This document shows positions 13,701 through 26,247 of a stretch of 64,000 nucleotides of DNA, one piece after another (the first letter of the stretch is position 1; every line of letters begins with the position of its first letter). The stretch is from Paragordius varius (lineage: Eukaryota > Animalia > Nematomorpha). The DNA lies in contig OZ176052.1 in assembly GCA_964247055.1 (NCBI GenBank), positions 7,006,001-7,070,000 of the forward strand, written 5' to 3'. The notes below the pieces were generated by a model, which did no database searches, had not been told where the DNA came from, and saw nothing but the letters and a program-made list of their open reading frames with translations. The position numbers and the translations under genes are program-made.

Positions 13701-15051
13701 GTATTTGATTCTTTTTAACTTTTATTTAAATCATCAAATTTAGATATAAAAAATAATATAACTGGATGATTTGGATAAAATAGGTTATAAATTTATAGGC
13801 TTACATTACATAAGCTTTTATAGGAAAAAGGGTATATTTACTCCGAATAATTAAACCACCTGAATAATTGGTGATCTTATATAATAATAATTATGGCTTA
13901 ATTTCTTTTTTTATTTACAGGTTCCGAAAATATACGCCGGAAAGTGATATATGGAGTTTCGGTATTTTGTTGTGGGAAGTATTTAGTTATGGTCTAAGGC
14001 CATACTATGGTTATCGGGATGTTGAGGTAGCTGAACTCATTACACGCAAACGTTACCTGTTGAATAAGCCTCCGGATTGCCCAAACACCATTTATGACAA
14101 TATAATGCTGCAATGTTGGGATGATGCTCCGTATCGACGCCCTTCATTTAAAGTAAAAATATTGATTATCACAATTAGTTTATGTAAAAAAACCGTCATT
14201 TTTCAAAATAAAAACAAAACATAAGAAAATTGATGTAAAAATAGCCCACACATTACTTATTGATATATAAACTCTGATAACATGTTTGTATTTTATAGCT
14301 AATATCCAAACGACTAAATACGATTTTGAAGAAGCGAATGCCTCAACCATGCCCCCAAAATTCAAACTTTGTGCAAATTGATTCCATTTCAGTTACATCT
14401 TCATCCAAACAAAATAAATTGGAACCGTATACATTATCTTCAATACATACTGGAACTGGTAACTCATTTAACAGTGTCCGAATAAGAAATACATCTTCAC
14501 AATCCAAACAACCCTTAATGACCACGGATGACCTGATAAATACTGGGGACAAAAATGTGAGCAATACTGTTTGGACCAGACAAAATTCTAATCTAGCTCA
14601 AACGTCAAAATCGAATACTAATAATGCAGACATAGAGAATTCTAATGCATTCACGCACGCACATGATAATATCTGTACAACATCCTTTATATTACCGCAT
14701 AAATACATTGATCCAACTATAACACCAAAAATGTTAAACTTTTACAATGTCAACCATAATAGTCAAAATTATATGACGCATGTTTCATCGCCTGACCATC
14801 CCCCACCCCTTCCCAGAACACTACTAATCAATACCTCAACCTCAACTAACTATAAACAAAATGATCAACAGCAGCACCAAATGAAAAACGGATATATTTT
14901 CCAGGGTCTTAACAAATCTTGTGCAGACAAAAATAAAGTTTTCCCACACAATACCAATTTAGAATCTCCGGAGAGTCCGACTCCTCGAGTGTATGAAACT
15001 ATAGATTCTCAATTACGATACTTAAATAAGGATAATCAATTAGTAAAATAA
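4713..15051 (+). CDS. ROR: ROR-family receptor tyrosine (pseudo)kinase: Ig - Frizzled CRD - TM - TK, no kringle; 5' end unresolved
   Basis: Phase-consistent exons: 4713-5315, 5464-5587, 5751-5835, 6124-6478, 6561-6725, 7511-7764, 8193-8531, 9870-10120, 10335-10505, 10990-11187, 11266-11412, 11492-11855, 13921-14152, 14299-15051; all introns GT-AG. Motifs: Ig (FKCE..FFWYKNEAPL..LRLRNLEIFDRGYYRC); CRD PRLLCKDECETLENEICQVEFGLARQLPMI (cf. ROR1 [30 protein letters not shown]); TM LYILPIISLTIALLTLLLLVCWF-RKRR; kinase GEGIFG, VVVK, DLHEFLLFRSPNSDVG (ROR-diagnostic), HRDLSARN, PIRWMPPE, SDIWSFGILLWEVFSYGLRPY. Signal-peptide exon not confidently located. Confidence 0.92.
7881..8107. mobile_element. 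MITE family C, copy 1 (ROR intron)
   Basis: TIRs TTATATAGACAAAA / TTTTGTCTGTATAA; related to 35292-35510. Confidence 0.6.
8705..9711 (-). mobile_element. Non-autonomous Helitron (~1.0 kb) in a ROR intron
   Basis: On the minus strand: 5' TCTATATATTTATAAA at 9711; 3' GC-rich hairpin CTCGGGCTGC-GTA-GCAGCACGAG (8738-8716) followed 7 nt later by CTAG (8708-8705). Inserted in A|T with no TSD. Internal sub-repeats at ~8905-9010 and ~9340-9435. Confidence 0.8.
11928..13574. mobile_element. Non-autonomous hAT element (Buster/Charlie-type) carrying a Helitron-related tandem array
   Basis: Perfect 15-bp TIRs CAGGGCTTCTTAAAC. Perfect 8-bp TSD ATTTAGAT (11920-11927 and 13575-13582) with central TA. Interior ~12120-13490 is homologous to the Helitron at 8705-9711. 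Confidence 0.9.
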
Positions 15052-15372
15052 ATTGTATATAATTGTTCAAAAAATATAAATTCTAGTTAATTTTAATAAT
15101 TTTTTTGTTTTTATATCACATATTTCCCCCGGATAGAAAACATTTAATCGTGACAATTAGAAAAAACAAATTATATTTATAAATATATTGAATAACTAGA
15201 TAACATCATTTATTGCGCTGCCACAATTATAACCCTTTTCTATGATAATATAAATATTAAATCTTTGTGCAAACTATTAGTTGTATTATTATTACGAACC
15301 TATAAAAAAATAAAATAAAATTTTCATTTTTGTATTTATATTGATGTTTTGTCATTACCCAACAAATTATTT

Positions 15373-18300
15373 TTAATCCAATTCAACATTATGGTTTTGA
15401 GCAATAATCTTGACAATGTCAAAATGTGAGGCATAGAGTTGTTTTAGATTTGGTAAATTGGCTTTTGTAATGTCAATCCAATTAATGTCGGTTGCATCAT
15501 CTCCTGCCTTTAAGGGAAAATCTTCTAAAATTTTGTAATCCTCGGAATTTGTAATTTTGAGAACTAATGGAATATATAAGAAAGTGATTATAAACGACCA
15601 TATATAACCTTTATTTTGACTCCAAATAAGAAAACTTAATCATCACGCCTGTTTTGTAAATACTTGAAACTTAATTAGACTTCAAAATTAAAATTTATAA
15701 TAATCATTCAAATCATGCGAGTTCGTTTTACATAATGATGTCGGTTCACTAAAGGTGATCCAGCCAGCACCACAGGGATGTAGCAATGAGATTTTGTTAG
15801 CTGAATGATTGTTTAAAGTTTCTAGAAATAAGGTAGCTACACAAGCGATGCGCCAGAAACAATCATTTAATATGGGAAGGGTATCCCCAGTTTACGAAAA
15901 TTGTATTATTGAATAAAACATAGATAGATTCATGTTACAATATAACGAAATAAATAATTTATTAATTAAACGGACAAAGCTAAAAACGTAAATGAATTCG
16001 AGTAATGAAATTAGAAATTATTATATTACAGTATGCATTTTAATGGTTGCTTATTTCACACTATAGTTAGGATGATCGCCACTCAGTGGTGTAAAACAAG
16101 AGTATGTTGAATAACAATATTTTCCTTTCTTTTCTTCATACATTACTGTGCCACTTTAGTGTGAAATAAGCAACCATTATAATGCATAGTGTATAACAAC
16201 TTTTTTTGATCAAAATATTTTCTGGAAAAATTCCAAACCTAATATCTTTGAATAAAAAAACAAAATATGCCATTAAAGCCGATGACATTTTGATGGTTAA
16301 CGATGAAATCATTGAAGCACTACCATCCTATTTGTCTACATATAAAGTCCATAGATTATGTATAACAACCATACATGATATTTTATCGAATGATGAAATC
16401 ATTAAAAGATTAATTTACTCGAAAAACGATAAAAGTTATTGGTTTCCAACCTATAAAACAATCATAAAATTAATTTTTATTGCTATATAAAAGCGCAAAA
16501 CTATGGATTATTTTATTCAAATGGCCATAGCCGAATCTAAGAAACTTAGGAAAAATTAAACATACTTTTGTCATTTTTGACAATGTCACAATTTATGTGA
16601 ACATTCAAAGCCGTAGTTTCCATCCATGCATTATCCGTGTTACGAGGATCATCGACATACCCTTGATAAACAATTGTTGCATGTTTTGCTATTAATTCCT
16701 TGACTGCTTTCACTAGTTGTTTAACTTTATCATTATTTTCTATCATTTTGATATATTAAGTATAACTTTAATTTTATTTAAAAAAATTAATTGCTTATAC
16801 AAAGTATATTTATAAAAGTTTTCCTTTTTTAAACTATCGTTTTTTTCGTTGTCTTACACATTTTTATTTTCTCATATATAAATAATGTTAAGTAGTTTAA
16901 AAAATACATTTCTAGAACTATAAACTAATAATACTGGATAAGTAAAACTTATGGTCAATACCATCTTTTTTAAGAGAAATATAGTTAAATGCCTCCTCCA
17001 AAAATTCACGTGGAGCCGTATCCGAAACCGCGTCTTCCCCAACATCAACAAATCCGCCCGGAAAGGCCCATAAATTATCGTTTTTTCGTTTAATGGCAAG
17101 GAATTGGAGTTTATTGCCTTCAAGGGTCGGTGTAACATTCATGGCTTCTTGTATTATGTCATACAAGTTTTTAGCAGCGTAGGAATTGTGTGAATCAGCC
17201 TTTAAACGGGTTAAAATAATGTCTGAAGCATGATTTGGACCCCATCTACCTACATAAATCAAGTCAAATAAAAGAATAATTTAATTATTATGGTGCAAGA
17301 CATTTTTGCCAAATATATTCAATCATGTAGGTTAAAAAATTGTTTATATTATGAAAAATATAATAGATTTGCATTAAAAATTATCATGCAAACATAAAAA
17401 GAATATATTTTAAGACTTAAATTACTATTTTTTAAATTTGCTATTACAAATATGTTATTATTTTATCTGCTATAGCAAATAACTATTTTTGTTAATATCC
17501 ATTGTGTTTATAAAAACTGGTTATTTAATATAGTTAAGACAATTATATGGTGTAGCTAAAAAATCGAAATCACCAATTTACTTATAGTGTAGTAATGTTA
17601 AATTATTAACAATAAAAAAATTACTAAATTCAAGTTTTCTTAATATATATTTATTATTTGTACTATTTTTTGACACACTTTTACTTATGGCAAAAATTTG
17701 AGATTTAATACAATTATTCAAGCTTTATATGATTATGCGGATTGATATAAAGATGTTCAACGATCTCGTCTGATAGCCATAGTCATTTATACTATCACAA
17801 CCAATCGGACCAACCGGATAGAAAACAGGATTTTGCCATTAGCATATAAAACGATTTTTTTAGTTTGATTAAAGATACTAGCGGTGCCCTGTCATGAGTC
17901 GCAGTGACTTTGTTGGCAATATTAAGGAATCGATAAAATATATTTTCTAAAAAACACGTAATAGGATTAGTATTTAGAAACTTTTTTGTTTGAAGGCGTA
18001 AGCTTCACTGGGTAAAGCACTAACCATGGATTAATTTCAAAATGATTTAATGTTTATGTTTAAACGGCAAATACCTAAAACTATTATATTATATCCATAT
18101 AATCTTTTAATGTCTCCAAAAAATCACTTCGAAACCAAGTTATTTTTATATATTACAGTATTTTACAAAGGGTAGGGCCCTTCCCAGGGGCTAATTTAAA
18201 AAAGACTGGATTTGAGTTTGTGCCTTTAGACGGGAAATATCGAAAAACATTATCCATTTAGTAGAGTTGGGGACCAAATTTTTTATTAAAACAGCTGATT

Positions 18301-19864
18301 TAAATTTTTGTTTAGAAGGGACGTGATACAATGAGTGAGTTCATTTGATAATATAGGTTTTATGAAAACTTTTCAAAGCCATGTTATTTTTATATGGTGG
18401 GGTATTTAAAATATGAAGCTACCCTACGGTTTCTCAGAAAGGGGCTTTAATATTTTTTACATCAAAAATATATCCTCGTGGTATTTTGAAATCAAAAAGC
18501 TTCAAAGCCATGTTTCTAGATAATGGCGTAGTTAATATAATGTAGAGCGCTACCCAGCGGCTAATAAAATAGATCGACTAAAATTTGTGCTTAGCTTTTA
18601 AAGTCATGTCATTTAAAGAATTTTACAGAGGGTGCAAGCCTACAACTAATTAAGATTATGACGGGGATATTGGTATGTCTGTAAATTAAGATGCTTTAAA
18701 CTAGGGAGGTCCAACACGCCTTTTTTGGTACGCAAAAGTGCTTTGAAAAATAAAAATATTGAATTTCAATCAAAAATATACGATTATTTAGAAGATATAT
18801 CACACAAAATGGGGCTTAAAATAAAAAAACCATAAGTTATCAAACAAGCCGCGAAGATGTTTTTGTTAAACACCCCTTTAAACCACAATTTATTTGTTAT
18901 AGTTTATAATTAGGACAAAATTAATTTTTGAAACAGTTTGTTTAACATACGGAGAAAGCGGCTTAATTCGGGGGCTAATTCAAAAATGCGACCGTTTAGA
19001 GCAGCGAATTCGAAAAAAATGTAGTAGGAAGCTGATTAAAAAATTGAACTGATAGTCGGAAAATATAAAATAATTAAATATATTCCACCTTTGAATTTGA
19101 ATGGGTCTACACGTTTTATGTAAATCTCTATTCCAACATTTTATATTTTAATTTATAAATTTTTTTTATTTTTTTTTAAATAATTTGAAATTTGTAATAT
19201 AAAACTGAATCATGATTATTCTGAATAACATAATGTCGATAATAATGTTATAAGATGGGCAATTGTTAAGATTCAAGTGGTGATCGATATGTGTAATTTT
19301 ATAATAGAAGGGTATATCGCAAAATATAGTGCAATCAATGCAAAACATAATTTCCGGAATCGAATATTACATTAATAATTCAAACAAACGTGACAGATTT
19401 GATGGTATAATAATAGTTATACTTTTCACTATAAAATAATATATTCCCACTCTTCATAACCAATATTTAATTTTCACGTATAATTAATCAATACCATTTT
19501 AAAATAAATTATTCAAAAATATTTGGTATATTACCTAAATTTCCCCGTCCCACAATTCCGGTACGACCCATTGTATTTCTCGGGATGCCATTTATGACAT
19601 AATAGTCGCCCAAAAAACTTATTCGGTTGACTCCATTATCTATATGATTCCAATTAAACTTATTATTATTTGTGTTTATGGGGAAATCAGCATATTTTGG
19701 CTGTCTTTTAATATTTTCGGATGTATAATTTTGTGGTGCATACTCATCCCATTGAACATTAAAATTAACCTTATTATATAATTAATATCAACTTTATCGT
19801 CGGGTACAGAGAATCTTTTTTTACTTGACCGTGGATAAATATTATTTCTACATTTGATATGCAT
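15373..19864 (-). CDS. NUDT9: NUDT9-like ADP-ribose pyrophosphatase (Nudix hydrolase)
   Basis: Exons 19864-19793, 19769-19535, 17249-16962, 16739-16566, 15563-15373 sum to 960 nt in frame. Motifs: [56 protein letters not shown]...WAFPGGFVDVGE, REFLEEA, YQGYVDDPRNTDNAWMET, LKAGDDA..INWIDI, LYASH. Requires a 23-nt first intron. Confidence 0.93.
16029..16191. mobile_element. Tc1/mariner-type MITE (TA TSD), family A copy 1
   Basis: Long TIRs CAGTATGCATTTTAATGGTTGCTTATTTCACACTATAG; flanked by TA. Confidence 0.8.
17878..19160 (-). mobile_element. Diverged Helitron of the same family in a NUDT9 intron, with a nested MITE
   Basis: A-CTAG plus hairpin-like end (ACTAGCGGTGCCCTGTCATGAGTCGCAGTGAC) at 17877. 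Degenerate matches to the sub-repeats (GGGGCTAATTCAAAAA, TTTGAATTTGAATGGGTCTAC). 5' end approximate. Confidence 0.55.
18702..18877. mobile_element. Degenerate hAT-type MITE, same family as 58567-58754
   Basis: Collinear similarity to 58567-58754 (GTCCAACACGC, GATTTCAATCAAA, GCCGCGAAGAT, CACCCCT). Confidence 0.55.
19770..19792 (-). other. 23-nt micro-intron, NUDT9 intron 1
   Basis: GTTGATATTAATTATATAATAAG. Removal joins DDK|VNFNVQWDEY, gap-free against NUDT9 EKVGWLVEWQDY. Retention shifts the frame to a stop at 19676. Confidence 0.8.
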
Positions 19865-20980
19865 CGTGTAATTTAAATTTGAATAGCCAATAATGAGTGA
19901 GCGATTTCAGATGACATTTAACGATACGAAGGATTTTATCCTGACAATACTGTGTAAAAAATATACGCTTATATACAAAATTAAAAAATGTTTTGATTAT
20001 GTAATGTCATTATAAAAATTATTTGTATAACCAAATCAAGCTTGATACTTTTTAATTTGTAGCACCGCAACCTATATTGCTATAACATGGAATTAAACGC
20101 TTAATTTACAGATCTTAGGTTAAAAATTACATTAGGTTTTTGTATTATGTGACCAGATAGCCTGTTTTTTGCAATACAATACTGGATTTTTTGATAAAAA
20201 CTGCGCCTGTACTGCGCCCACATTTGTACTGCTTTTTGAAATATTAAAAAAGTTAATTTATAAATATTAATTTTTTATTTCTTCAAACATTATTTTACTT
20301 CATATAGTTTGTAAAAATAACCCCATAATTTGTAAAGAAATGGTTCATTTTGCTGTAAAAATCCAAGACTGGCCTATTTTCAATTGGTTAAAATTTTATT
20401 TTCTGCTAGAATTATACATAAATCTAAGGATTAGTGCCTTTTGCGCAGTGACGAAACTATATATCTTGGACTCGACACCGTAAGATTTAGGTGACTCTTT
20501 CACTCAAGGCTTTCGCAAAAAAAGTGTATCAAAATTTAATATTAACAAAATTATTCATGATATCTAAATAAATGTTTGATCAGAAAGTAGTATATTTTTT
20601 GTTATAATTATCAAAAAAATTATATAAAATATTATTATTCCGGTATATTATATAAAATTATTTATATATAATGATTTCGAAATAACCTTTTTTTCGTTTA
20701 AAAAAACTAAGAGTTCCTACGTATACTCATCTAATGTGATGTTTCTTAATTTTTTTCCTAAACTATTTTTTTGCATAAACAAATTTGAGATTTGTTAAAG
20801 CGTACCTTAAACTATTTTAAAGCATGATGGAAACTGTTTAACGCTTTAAGATATAATAAAACTCTTTTTAAATATTCGATGATGTTAAACATTGAGAATT
20901 TTATTTGGTTTATTTACTTGCAATTTTGTAAAAAAACACATTTATAATTTTACACAAAATTAAAACGAACAAATACTTTT

Positions 20981-21345
20981 ACACTTGGATACAACACATT
21001 CATTTCAGTCCCTCGATTCAAATTTAGTTGGATACCCTAGTTGTGTTTAAAACTAAATGAAATATGCAATGAATTGAAATCATGGCAAAAATTTGCATTC
21101 ATATAACAATAATGAACCGTAATATATAAAAAATTTTATTTAAAAATTCATGATATGTATTTTTAAGTAATCAAGGTAAAAGTTTAGTCAACATGACATG
21201 TGTGCATTAGCTAAATATAAACCACTATTTCTGTTTTTAATGTTAGATGAATTTAAATAAAATAGATTTCATTTTAGCGTTAACACTTGGATACAACACA
21301 TTCATTTTAGTTCTTCGAATTAAATTAAGGTAGTTAAATACCCAT
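20981..21345. repeat. Short direct repeat, ~60 bp, 302 bp apart
   Basis: ACACTTGGATACAACACATTCATTT at 20981 and 21283. Confidence 0.75.
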
Positions 21346-22740
21346 GGCCTAGAGAATATATTTTACTAAACTCCTTTTGTTGTAAAGTCCTGTCGCTTAT
21401 TTTATATTTACTAATCCCTAATTAACAAATATAACAAAAATTTTGCATTTTGATTCCAGTACATGCTTCATACAGTCGAAGTCGAATTACATATATCTAT
21501 TCTATTTTTATGTTTATATAAGAAATAAAACATTTTTACAAGTATTTTTTTTATAGTCTTATAACATATATTCGAATATCCTTATAAAGATATTTGACAG
21601 TTATTGTATCTGGATAAACAACAATAAAATTAGTCTTTAGACGTTTGATTGGCTTGTTATCAGATTTGTCAAAATTGGTTAATATTAATTGTTATATATA
21701 TGTAATATTATCAGCATTATATTGTGGCCATGGATAAAATATATTTTATTCAGCCCGTTAATTTTGGTGAATTTGGATTGTTCGATGTAATCACAAAGGA
21801 TTCCGATTAAGCATGGAAGGTAATTATAATAGTATAATGAAACTTAATCTCCAAATAATTTATTTAAATTGTTAGTTAATGCAAACGAATCAAGAAGATC
21901 TAGCTCCAAATTATATAAACTTTGCTCATTATAGAATTTTATAAAGAAAACAAAAACACTAGATGCTCTATTTGGGCCTTTTCATTGAACAGTAACATAG
22001 TTTAGATCATGGATGTTGAGTTCAGAAAAAAATGACCATTTTACTGCGAATTTTTATTTATTAACGTTTTATATAATATACAAAAAAACAATTATTTCAA
22101 TAAATGGTTGTTTTTCTGTGGTTTTTGCGCACCAAATTTGGGCCTACTTGGCAAAATATTACGGATCTTTGACAACTCTTAGACAATAGCACCTTGCATA
22201 TAAATATATATACACTTTTGGCACATTAATATTTATGCTTTACGCAATTCCCAACTTTTCCAAAGTCGAAAAAGATGGTTTTGTTACGATTTTATGTTTT
22301 CTTGCGGATTTGAGGCAAGTTTTTTACTGATTTCGTCCTAAATGCCCATAGCAATCAAGATAAATTTGTTTATAGATTACCTTAGTTATGATAGAATTGA
22401 ATGTTGTAAGTGGGTCCTGGATAATTGATTTAGGCCCCTGGATTAAACGGATTATGTTAGGTTAGTTGATATTAGTAGGATTTAAGTGTTTAGTACAAAC
22501 AAATGATTTTGAAAAAGGTAGATTGTCTATTATATAAATATTTTACTGACTACGAAGATGAGGAGTCATTATCCATATAATCGGTCGAATATTATCTGCT
22601 AGTATCAAAATTAACTGAAAATTCTTCTATAATAAATGATATAAATGTTCGTAACGGAAAATATTTTAAATGATATCTTTAAAGGAAGTGGGATCATGCA
22701 AACTAAAAAAATAAGATGTATAAAATTCAAAAATATTTCT

Positions 22741-23170
22741 GGCGCCAACCAATTCGAGATGAGAATTTTTTTCAAAACTAAATTTTATTTAGATATTTTG
22801 GTTTAATTATATAATTTTTATTGGGATAGAAGCATAAATTTAAATTAAGGCCATTCTATTCGGTAATTTTTTTTAAAATACCAATTTTAAAATGGTCTGG
22901 GGTATTTGTTACCCTAATTTGAGTCGAAGTGTTAAATCAAAACATGATATTTTGCAAAAATGTTGAAAAATAAAAATGGCGTCCAAGTAGTTTGATATGG
23001 AACTTATTTCTCAAAACCAAATTTCATTTATATATTTCGGATTTATATAATTTTGATTAGGATAGAAGCATAATTTAAAATTGGGGCTGTTTCTTTCAGT
23101 AGTTTTTTGTTAAATTTCAACTTAAATATAGTCTGGGGTATTTTGATACCTTTGAATCGAACTGTTAATC
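22741..23170. repeat. Diverged tandem duplication, unit ~238 bp, two copies
   Basis: Units start at ~22741 and ~22978 and share GGATAGAAGCATAA and GTCTGGGGTATTT. Confidence 0.7.
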
Positions 23171-23261
23171 ATTCTGAGTGAACGGTTCGCATAATTGAAT
23201 CAGAAAGTTAAAGTTTTATAACATACTAACCGTTTATATTGTTTCCATCATGTTCAAAATA

Positions 23262-25230
23262 GTATGAAGTACGCTTTAAAAAAATTTGCTAAAATTTTTT
23301 TGAAAATATGCATTTTAAAAAAAATATATTTAGTCGATAATTTAGCATATATTCAAAAATATTGCAAAATGTCGGAATTTTTGCGTTTATTTTAAGAGAA
23401 CAATCCATTTAAAAAAAACTAAGAATTGGGATTTTCAGTGCCTACATCTAAAATTTTAAATTAAAAGCACCATGATAATCCTGATATTTTCCTATCAGAA
23501 TATATATATATTTTATCTAAATATTTTTTTGAGAATACTAGGTAATATACGACACCGATCGGGTAAAAACAGCAAAAGTATGTTTTAAAATTGTAATACT
23601 GCGTCAAAGTTCAAAATATATGGTCGCAATATTTTTGTAGATTTTAACTTTATACGAGTGTAATTTCCAGAGTAGTGTATTCAAACCTCGGCTAACAGAT
23701 TGCAATCTGTCCTAAAACATTTTATATTTGAATTATCAACTTATTTTGTAGTAAATTATAAATATGTGCATATATGTCGAACAGCTAGGTAATATCGTTT
23801 GGTATTTGTAAGCAATGTGTCATATTTAATTAAAAAACAGGCTATGATTGGCAACCCAAAGCTATCTATTCCTACTGGTCATGCGGCCTTCCGAAATTCT
23901 GCAGCTCGCTAGAATTTGAAATGCAAAATTTTACAAAATTTAAAATTAAATCTATCGAACATTCAATATGTCTTTTCGAATTTTGTCAATGAACTAGCAA
24001 AAATTAAATAATTATTTATGGCTTATGTTTAAAATCAAATAAATTATTTTTAAATACCAATATATTTTACGAATGCGGCTCGCGAAGCCATTTGTTTTGG
24101 AACCTGTTTTCTAAATCTAGAACAGGAATGGTTGCGGCCCTCCCAGTCTTTTTGTTCGGCCCGCGAAAAGCTCAAAAATACTTAAAGTGTCAATGCTTAA
24201 AAAATCTTTATAAATTTGATAATTCTCGAACAATTTTTTAATTTAATCTATCCATTAGGCATGAATTAAAAAAAATTGCTATTTGTGTTTCCATACTCTT
24301 ATGTTTGTATGTATACCCACATACACTTTAAACGCGGCCCGCAAACCCATTTTAGTTTACCCCTGATCTAGATAAAACACGTTAGTAAAAACCTTTATCT
24401 CTAATGACACAGTGTCCACAAAAAAACAAGATGAAATATATATAATATGATAGGAAAATATATCAGGATTATCATGCTGCTTTTAGTTTTGGCTCTTACC
24501 AGATAGAAAGATTTTTACACTTTTGTGGTAAGTGCTCCAGATATTTGCTCACATTATTTTGTTTAAATTTTTTAGGATAGCTAGAATCTCAAAAATATCA
24601 CTAAAATATATTATCCACATTTAAAAAGTAAAATATTACAAAAATTTTTATTAAGATGTGGTTTCCAAAAATCCCAAATATTTTTGATCATCTAAAATGA
24701 GTTATTTCTTTTAAAATAAACGCTAAAATACCGAGATTGCGGGATGAAATTTACATATATGCTTCTTGAGAGCCAATAAAATTTAATTTTTAGCAAAATT
24801 ATTTGTCGTATCTCATCCTATTAGGCATAATGAAAACGGTATAAAAACGCTTTTAGATATTGTAAAATTAGTTATTTATGATTTGAACATTTTTATCGCT
24901 TTGGAATATTAATATAATGGTTCGTTTACTTTGGTGTAACTTTATATAAAAACACAATTTATATTTGAATAAAAACAAACAAATATTTTAAATTGAATTC
25001 GGGGTGAGAGAAATGTTCAGCATCATCGAATTATATAAGTGTTTTTATAATATCTAAGGGTGTATTATATTCATACCTAAAAAAGGATGAAGTACGCTTC
25101 AACAAAATTTTGCTAAAAATTAAATTAAAAATTATGAATTTTTTAAAAAAATATTTTTTTCTGAAAATTTAGCATATATTCAAAAATATCGCGCAATACC
25201 GGAATTGCATTCATTTAAAAAACGAGACCA
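23262..25230. repeat. Complex repeat: direct repeat 23262-23410 / 25087-25230 enclosing an inverted pair 23457-23510 / 24440-24487
   Basis: ATGAAGTACGCTT...TTTAGCATATATTCAAAAATAT in both direct copies; AAAAGCACCATGATAATCCTGATAT and its reverse complement. Confidence 0.65.
24123..24365. mobile_element. hAT (Buster/Charlie-type) MITE
   Basis: CAGG...CCCCTG ends; subterminal GCGGCCC motifs; TSD ATCTAGAA / ATCTAGAT (7/8). Confidence 0.75.
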
Positions 25231-25628
25231 CATCTATTAAACTTGTCTATGTTTTTTTACAAGTAGTTTATGATATATTTTTTGTGATATTGGAAGAAAT
25301 TATTTAGCTCAAACAAAAAAAAATATTACAAAAAATGTGTCAAATTTTGTTATTTATGGAGCACTTACCGCAAAAGTGTCAATCTTATATCATTCTGCTG
25401 CAAAACCAAAAGCACCGAGATTCCTCATATTTTTCTATTGGAATAAATATTTCACATGAAAAACGGCTAAATGCATATAAAAAAGTGAACAGGTAAATGA
25501 TTTTTTTAACAATTCTGGGAAATAAAAAAAAATGTATCGAAATATTGATATGATTTACAAGAAAACTTTTGATCATTAGGCCTTAAAACCCTAATAATTA
25601 TTTAATTTAGGTCATATTTATTTGATAA

Positions 25629-25823
25629 CAGTAGTTGTCATCAAAAATTAGAAAGGGCCAAATAAAATATTCTTGCCTCAATGGCCGACTTAATACTGAT
25701 AAATATTGCATAATACTATGATCGATGCAGATACCTTTATTTTAAATAACTACATAAAAAATTAAAGAACAGGGCCAAAAAAGGCCTTTTAGGGCCAACT
25801 GCGGCCCTGGCGAAGTACCACTG
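25629..25823. mobile_element. Degenerate hAT MITE related to 26248-27914
   Basis: Ends CAGTAGTTGTC / GAAGTACCACTG; shares the GCCAAATAAAATAT subterminus; TSD TTTGATAA / CTTTATAA (6/8). Confidence 0.5.
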
Positions 25824-26247
25824 CTTTATAAGTTTTTAGTGGTATATTTATTTCAGTGCGATTTATTTAAATATTGAAAGTTAAAGTTAGCTAAATATGG
25901 CATTTTTGAGCATTATTATTAAAAACATATCTAATTAAATGCAAAATTATAATAAAAATCCGCCAAAAACATCACCAATTTTTTCGATTATTAAATCGTT
26001 AAAAGTGGCATCTACAAACTTACCAAAACATTTTTTTTAAAGTAATTCTAATTACGTTTTGATAGCAAATCTTGGATCGGTTGGTTATAAAGTGTCTAAT
26101 AAATAGATTCTAGAATTTATACTACTATTTAATATACTTATTAATGATCACATTATAGTAATAAGATTGTTCCAAATAATAGATTTTTTTAGTTTGAAGG
26201 ACAGCGACCATGCCTCAAAATGTATTAATTAATATAACACTTTAAAC

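Noticed and set aside
14343-14564. Antisense ORFs over real exons (also 46539-46754, 49810-49992, 51633-51869, 56731-56964, 61625-61807)
   Set aside because: Shadow frames of the ROR, GPCR, NAA35 and TMEM259 coding sequences.
21720-22480. Coding-like minus-strand segments, possibly further exons or a pseudogene of the orphan gene
   Set aside because: In-frame stops and no recognisable motifs; not supportable without transcripts.
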